Source of the DNA: Promethearchaeota archaeon Loki_b31
GTDB lineage: Archaea; Asgardarchaeota; Lokiarchaeia; Sigyniarchaeales; SOKP01
Assembly (NCBI GenBank): GCA_005222975.1
Contig: NJBI01000088.1
Location: 1-10,107 of the forward strand
Length of the DNA stretch: 10,107 nucleotides
Direction: 5' to 3'
This document shows positions 6,659 to 10,107 of this stretch, piece by piece (the stretch's first letter is position 1; each line of letters starts with the position of its first letter). The notes under the pieces were generated by a model. That model was not told the origin of the DNA, made no database searches, and was given only the letters and a program-made list of their open reading frames with translations. The position numbers and the translations under genes were made by a program.

Positions 6659-7112
6659 ATTTCCATACACCTCTATTTTCAATGTTTAAAAATGTAGTGA
6701 GAGCAAGCTGTAAACTAATCATTTCGATTCCAAAAAATCCGATTATAATCATGAGAAAGGCTATAACGAAAAGAAATCCATTTAAAATGAATGCCGTAAG
6801 AATTACGCCCCATAAAATTAATAACACTCCGATTATGAATAAAACTATGTTGTAATACGTTAATCTATTAAGCTTTTTTCCTATTACGGTAGATTTATTA
6901 AGATAGGAATCATCTATAAGAAGAATTAGGATATTGAAGAGCCAGGACGCGATTAATATAACTCCAAATATATCAAATATGAATGAGTTAACTGGAAAAG
7001 AGAAATACATGATTCCAAAAGCACAACTTAGAATATGCAAAAAGATACCTAATTGGCTAAGGCTTTTCGCTAATTTTTTAGGAATATTGCTTTTTTCTAA
7101 CATTTTTTTCAA
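6651..7112 (-). CDS. Four-TM membrane protein of unknown function
   Basis: Four hydrophobic segments; stop codon overlaps the probable hydrolase start. Start is TTG 7112 or ATG 7103. Confidence 0.75.
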   Translation of the reverse strand: MKKMLEKSNIPKKLAKSLSQLGIFLHILSCAFGIMYFSFPVNSFIFDIFGVILIASWLFNILILLIDDSYLNKSTVIGKKLNRLTYYNIVLFIIGVLLILWGVILTAFILNGFLFVIAFLMIIIGFFGIEMISLQLALTTFLNIENRGVWKFE

Positions 7113-7230
7113 GTTTTTTTATAATTTCAATTAAAACTACTTTTGTTTTAATCACTAATAAAACTTTATAATGATAAGAAAAAAGAAGTAAGTCATTATA
7201 TGCTGACTAAATTTATTCTGAGTTAGTAGC

Positions 7231-8070
7231 TTAATCGTTTTTCTGCGATTTCTTCTTTTCATAATGCTTGCTTGTAATATAATATGCTACAAACATGATG
7301 ACTAAAACTACTAACACAATCAATAATACATTATTAAAATTCGCAGATAAGGCTTCAATATCTTCGAGTGGTAACTTACTTAGGCTTAAAGGAAATTTTA
7401 TGCCCGCTGTAATAGATGCACCAAGCCAAGAATAAAAGAAAGCTCTAGGTATTGAACCAATAAATGTTCCTAAAGAATATTTCTTAACATCTAAATCAAC
7501 AAGACCCGCTGTGTAAGAAATTGGATCAAAGGCTATAAATGGCAATAATCTTGCGATGATTATCGCAGACATTCCATATTTATGGATAAAATCATCGGCT
7601 AAAGATATTGCACTTTTTCCTACAAACTTTTCAGCGAGGGGACGGCCACCCTTTCTACTTATGTAATAACACAATAAAGCCGCGGCCATTGAACCAATGA
7701 CGCCCATAATTCCACCCCCAACTAACCCCCAAATCATTCCGGCTGCAAGAAGAACTATTTCAGAGGGGATTGGAACTAAAAGTCCTTGTATCCCCATTAT
7801 TAATATAAACAACAGAATTCCAAAAACACCTAGAAGGAAAATTGGGTTAATGAACCAATCTACTACTAAAGTTAGTAAAAAAGTTTCGCCACCGCCTAAA
7901 TAAATATACCAGAGCATCCATAATGAAATAACTACTAATGCTACAAATAAGATAATGTATAAAATGGTTTTAAAACTATACTGTGAAAAATTAAATAGAT
8001 TTTTTATATATTTTTTTAATTTAAAAGAAAAAGAATCGTTATTTTTATTACGAATTTCTTTATTTTCCAT
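7231..8070 (-). CDS. TVP38/TMEM64 family (DedA/VTT, SNARE-associated Golgi domain) membrane protein
   Basis: PIPSEIVLLAAGMIWG, GSMAAALLCYYISRKGGR, ARLLPFIAFDPISYTAGL and GTFIGSIP motifs. ATG at 8070 preferred over TTG at 8079. Confidence 0.92.
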   Translation of the reverse strand: MENKEIRNKNNDSFSFKLKKYIKNLFNFSQYSFKTILYIILFVALVVISLWMLWYIYLGGGETFLLTLVVDWFINPIFLLGVFGILLFILIMGIQGLLVPIPSEIVLLAAGMIWGLVGGGIMGVIGSMAAALLCYYISRKGGRPLAEKFVGKSAISLADDFIHKYGMSAIIIARLLPFIAFDPISYTAGLVDLDVKKYSLGTFIGSIPRAFFYSWLGASITAGIKFPLSLSKLPLEDIEALSANFNNVLLIVLVVLVIMFVAYYITSKHYEKKKSQKND

Positions 8071-8170
8071 GTTTATCAAATCATTTAATAACTTTTGAGT
8101 AATATATGTAATTAAAATTTCTATAAAAATTTGTTTTTTGCTAATAATTCAAAGCAGATTCATAATAATT

Positions 8171-8905
8171 ATGAAAAAAACACACATATTTGCTCACAGA
8201 GGAGGAATGGGCAATTGCGTAGAAAATACAATTCCTTGCTTTAAAGATGCGGTAAAAATAGGAGTAAGTATAGAAACTGATCTCCAACTTACAAAAGACA
8301 ATAAGTTAATCTGTTATCACGACCACTATATAAAAATAGATTCTGAATGGTATGATATAAAAAAACTAACATTGGTTGAGTTAAAAAATATCAAATTTAA
8401 GGATAACCGAGAAATTCCTACCACCATCGAAGTGTTTAACGCTTTGGAAAAATATGCTAACAATTTAAGGTATAGCTGCGATATTCGAGATATAAAAACG
8501 GGATTAAAACTAATAGATATAGCTACAGAGTTCGATATTCTTGATAAAATTGAAGTTACGGAAAGAAACCATAATACTTTGCTTAAGTTAAGAGAATACA
8601 ATAAAGAAATAAAGCTAGTCCATACGTTATCTGAAAATATTACTAGTATTAATGACAATGTTGTTGATGTCGAAATATTAAAAGATTTAAAAATTAAAGC
8701 TATTAACATTAAAAGTTGGAGAGCTAATATCAAGAATTTAAAACAAATAATTGATTTTGGCTTTAAGTGTTACGTGTGGGGGGTTAACAGCAAATCTCGC
8801 ATGAAAAAAGTTTTAAACTTAACTTATAATGGTGAGGTTGTAAGTGCTATTTACACAGATTACCCCGATATCCTCGTTAAATTGCGTAAAGAAATTTCTA
8901 CTTAA
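8171..8905 (+). CDS. Glycerophosphodiester phosphodiesterase family protein
   Basis: AHRGG, ENT, IETDLQLTKD, YHD, IPT, VWGVN and IYTDYP motifs. ATG at 8171 (MKKTHIFAHRG) is more plausible than TTG at 8138. Confidence 0.93.
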   Translation: MKKTHIFAHRGGMGNCVENTIPCFKDAVKIGVSIETDLQLTKDNKLICYHDHYIKIDSEWYDIKKLTLVELKNIKFKDNREIPTTIEVFNALEKYANNLRYSCDIRDIKTGLKLIDIATEFDILDKIEVTERNHNTLLKLREYNKEIKLVHTLSENITSINDNVVDVEILKDLKIKAINIKSWRANIKNLKQIIDFGFKCYVWGVNSKSRMKKVLNLTYNGEVVSAIYTDYPDILVKLRKEIST

Positions 8906-9018
8906 AAAATTTAGCTAAGAAAAAGAGAGATTATAAAACAAAAAAGATATAAATAAATTCTAACAATCAAATTCATAATAATTAATTTCATTTTAAATAA
9001 AGAATTCTGTAAAAAATT

Positions 9019-9810
9019 ATGTCTGAAAAAACAAATTGGTCCATGGTTAGTAAGTTAACATTACTTGTACTTGTATCTTGGATAATTCTTGCGATAATAT
9101 TTGGTATTTATGATTTAAATATTTCAAGAGCAGTCGTTGATGGAACCTCTGCTTGGGGGAATTTTGGTGCAGATTACGGGGAATTACCGGGTTGGGCGTT
9201 AATTGGAATAGCATTAGCAACTTTTTTTGGTGGTTACATTAAAAATTTGAAATTACAAAAAATACCTGCCTTGATAATTATTGTTATTGGAATGCTTTTT
9301 ATTATATTCGATAGTGATTTTTACACAGGTTTCAGTTTAATTATTCCAATGATAATTTATACAATTATAACTTGGAATAAAGATTGGAAAAATTACAGAA
9401 CCTTAGCGTGTATAATTTCACTTTTAGCTGTTATTAACCCTTTGCTATTTGTCCAAATTGTTAAGATTTTATGCGGAAGAATTCGCTTTAGGGATCTTGA
9501 TCTGGAATTTACCAATTTTACACCATGGTTTTTGCCACCTGGATTAAGCTCGGATGGTAGGTCGTTTCCCTCAGGACACACGGCAATGGGGTGGATGCTT
9601 CTACCATTGTTAATAGTTGTTAAAGACCGTAAAATCAAGGATCCTTATAGAATCGTAGTTACAGTTTTAGTTATTGGATGGGGTTTATTCGTAGGATTAT
9701 CCCGAATTGTTGTTGGTGCTCACTATGCTTCTGATGTTCTCTTCTCGACGGGAATGGCAGCAATCGTAACCATACTTTTATACAAAAAATCATATCTAAA
9801 GAGGAAATAA
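9019..9810 (+). CDS. PAP2 family integral membrane phosphatase
   Basis: C1 KILCGRIR, C2 SFPSGH, C3 SRIVVGAHYASDV; multiple TM helices. Confidence 0.93.
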   Translation: MSEKTNWSMVSKLTLLVLVSWIILAIIFGIYDLNISRAVVDGTSAWGNFGADYGELPGWALIGIALATFFGGYIKNLKLQKIPALIIIVIGMLFIIFDSDFYTGFSLIIPMIIYTIITWNKDWKNYRTLACIISLLAVINPLLFVQIVKILCGRIRFRDLDLEFTNFTPWFLPPGLSSDGRSFPSGHTAMGWMLLPLLIVVKDRKIKDPYRIVVTVLVIGWGLFVGLSRIVVGAHYASDVLFSTGMAAIVTILLYKKSYLKRK

Positions 9811-9812
9811 CC

Positions 9813-9840
9813 TTTTTAATTTTTCTCAATATTTTTTTTT
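9813..9840 (+). terminator. T-rich terminator candidate
   Basis: T5, T5 and T9 tracts immediately after the PAP2 stop. Confidence 0.45.
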
Positions 9841-9883
9841 ACTTTTAGGACTCAAATAAAGATCTTGACGAGGAAAAAGATTT

Positions 9884-10107
9884 ATGAAAAAGATTTTTAA
9901 AGATGTTTACCATGTTGGTGATTCGGGTTGCTCTGTATTTTTAGTGGACACTCATAGCGAAGACGGGCTTGTTTTGATTGATTGTGGAATGAGTCTTGAA
10001 ATGATTAAAAAAATTAGCAAATTAAATTTAAATCCTAAGAATATAAAACACTGCATATTAACTCACTTTCATATTGACCATACGGGCGCTTGTTTCGATT
10101 TAAAAAA
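9884..10107 (+). CDS. MBL-fold metallo-hydrolase, 3'-truncated by the window edge (absent from the ORF track)
   Basis: Manual translation MKKIFKDVYHVGDSGCSVFLVDTHSEDGLVLIDCGMSLEMIKKISKLNLNPKNIKHCILTHFHIDHTGACFDLK shows LIDCG and HxHxDH motifs; GAGGA upstream. Confidence 0.92.
   Translation, partial: MKKIFKDVYHVGDSGCSVFLVDTHSEDGLVLIDCGMSLEMIKKISKLNLNPKNIKHCILTHFHIDHTGACFDLK

Noticed and set aside
6651-6682. 32-nt overlap read as a frameshifted single gene
   Set aside because: A well-spaced GAGGTG plus TTG at 6658 explains it as ordinary translational coupling; not fully excluded.
6598-7134. Plus-strand ORFs 6598..6855 and 6934..7134
   Set aside because: Ile/Asn/Lys-rich antisense shadows of hydrophobic membrane-protein genes.
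7697-7903. 68-aa Pro-rich plus-strand ORF
   Set aside because: Antisense of Gly-rich TM segments of the TVP38 gene.
8326-8733. 135-aa minus-strand ORF
   Set aside because: Antisense shadow within GDPD.
9393-9638. 81-aa minus-strand ORF
   Set aside because: Antisense shadow within PAP2.
1-10107. CRISPR arrays, tRNA/rRNA genes, IS elements, genome-wide stop-codon reassignment
   Set aside because: No spaced direct repeats, GC-rich structured RNA, transposase or terminal repeats were seen; recognisable genes are uninterrupted and TAA, TAG and TGA all behave as stops.

Overview
AT-rich (roughly 30% GC by eye) archaeal chromosomal window. Gene content and protein style point to an Asgard archaeon, most likely Lokiarchaeia (inference). 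Left to right: (1) the CBS-pair C-terminus of a probable MJ0100/MA1821-type homocysteine-forming sulfurtransferase, then a NIL-domain 2x[4Fe-4S] ferredoxin (MA1822-like) whose true frame extends 44 codons upstream of the called GTG and seems to start at ACG; (2) a convergent, divergent-sequence hdrC-hdrB pair with no hdrA in view; (3) an orphan 7TM membrane protein; (4) a longin/uDENN-like protein with two winged-helix segments, resembling NPRL2/3 in architecture; (5) two small hypothetical ORFs; (6) a putative lipid-turnover neighbourhood: membrane-anchored alpha/beta esterase coupled to a 4TM protein, TVP38/DedA protein, GDPD, PAP2 phosphatase, and a truncated MBL-fold hydrolase at the right edge. 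No RNA genes, CRISPR arrays or mobile elements were seen. All family calls are from motif recognition by eye, not database searches.
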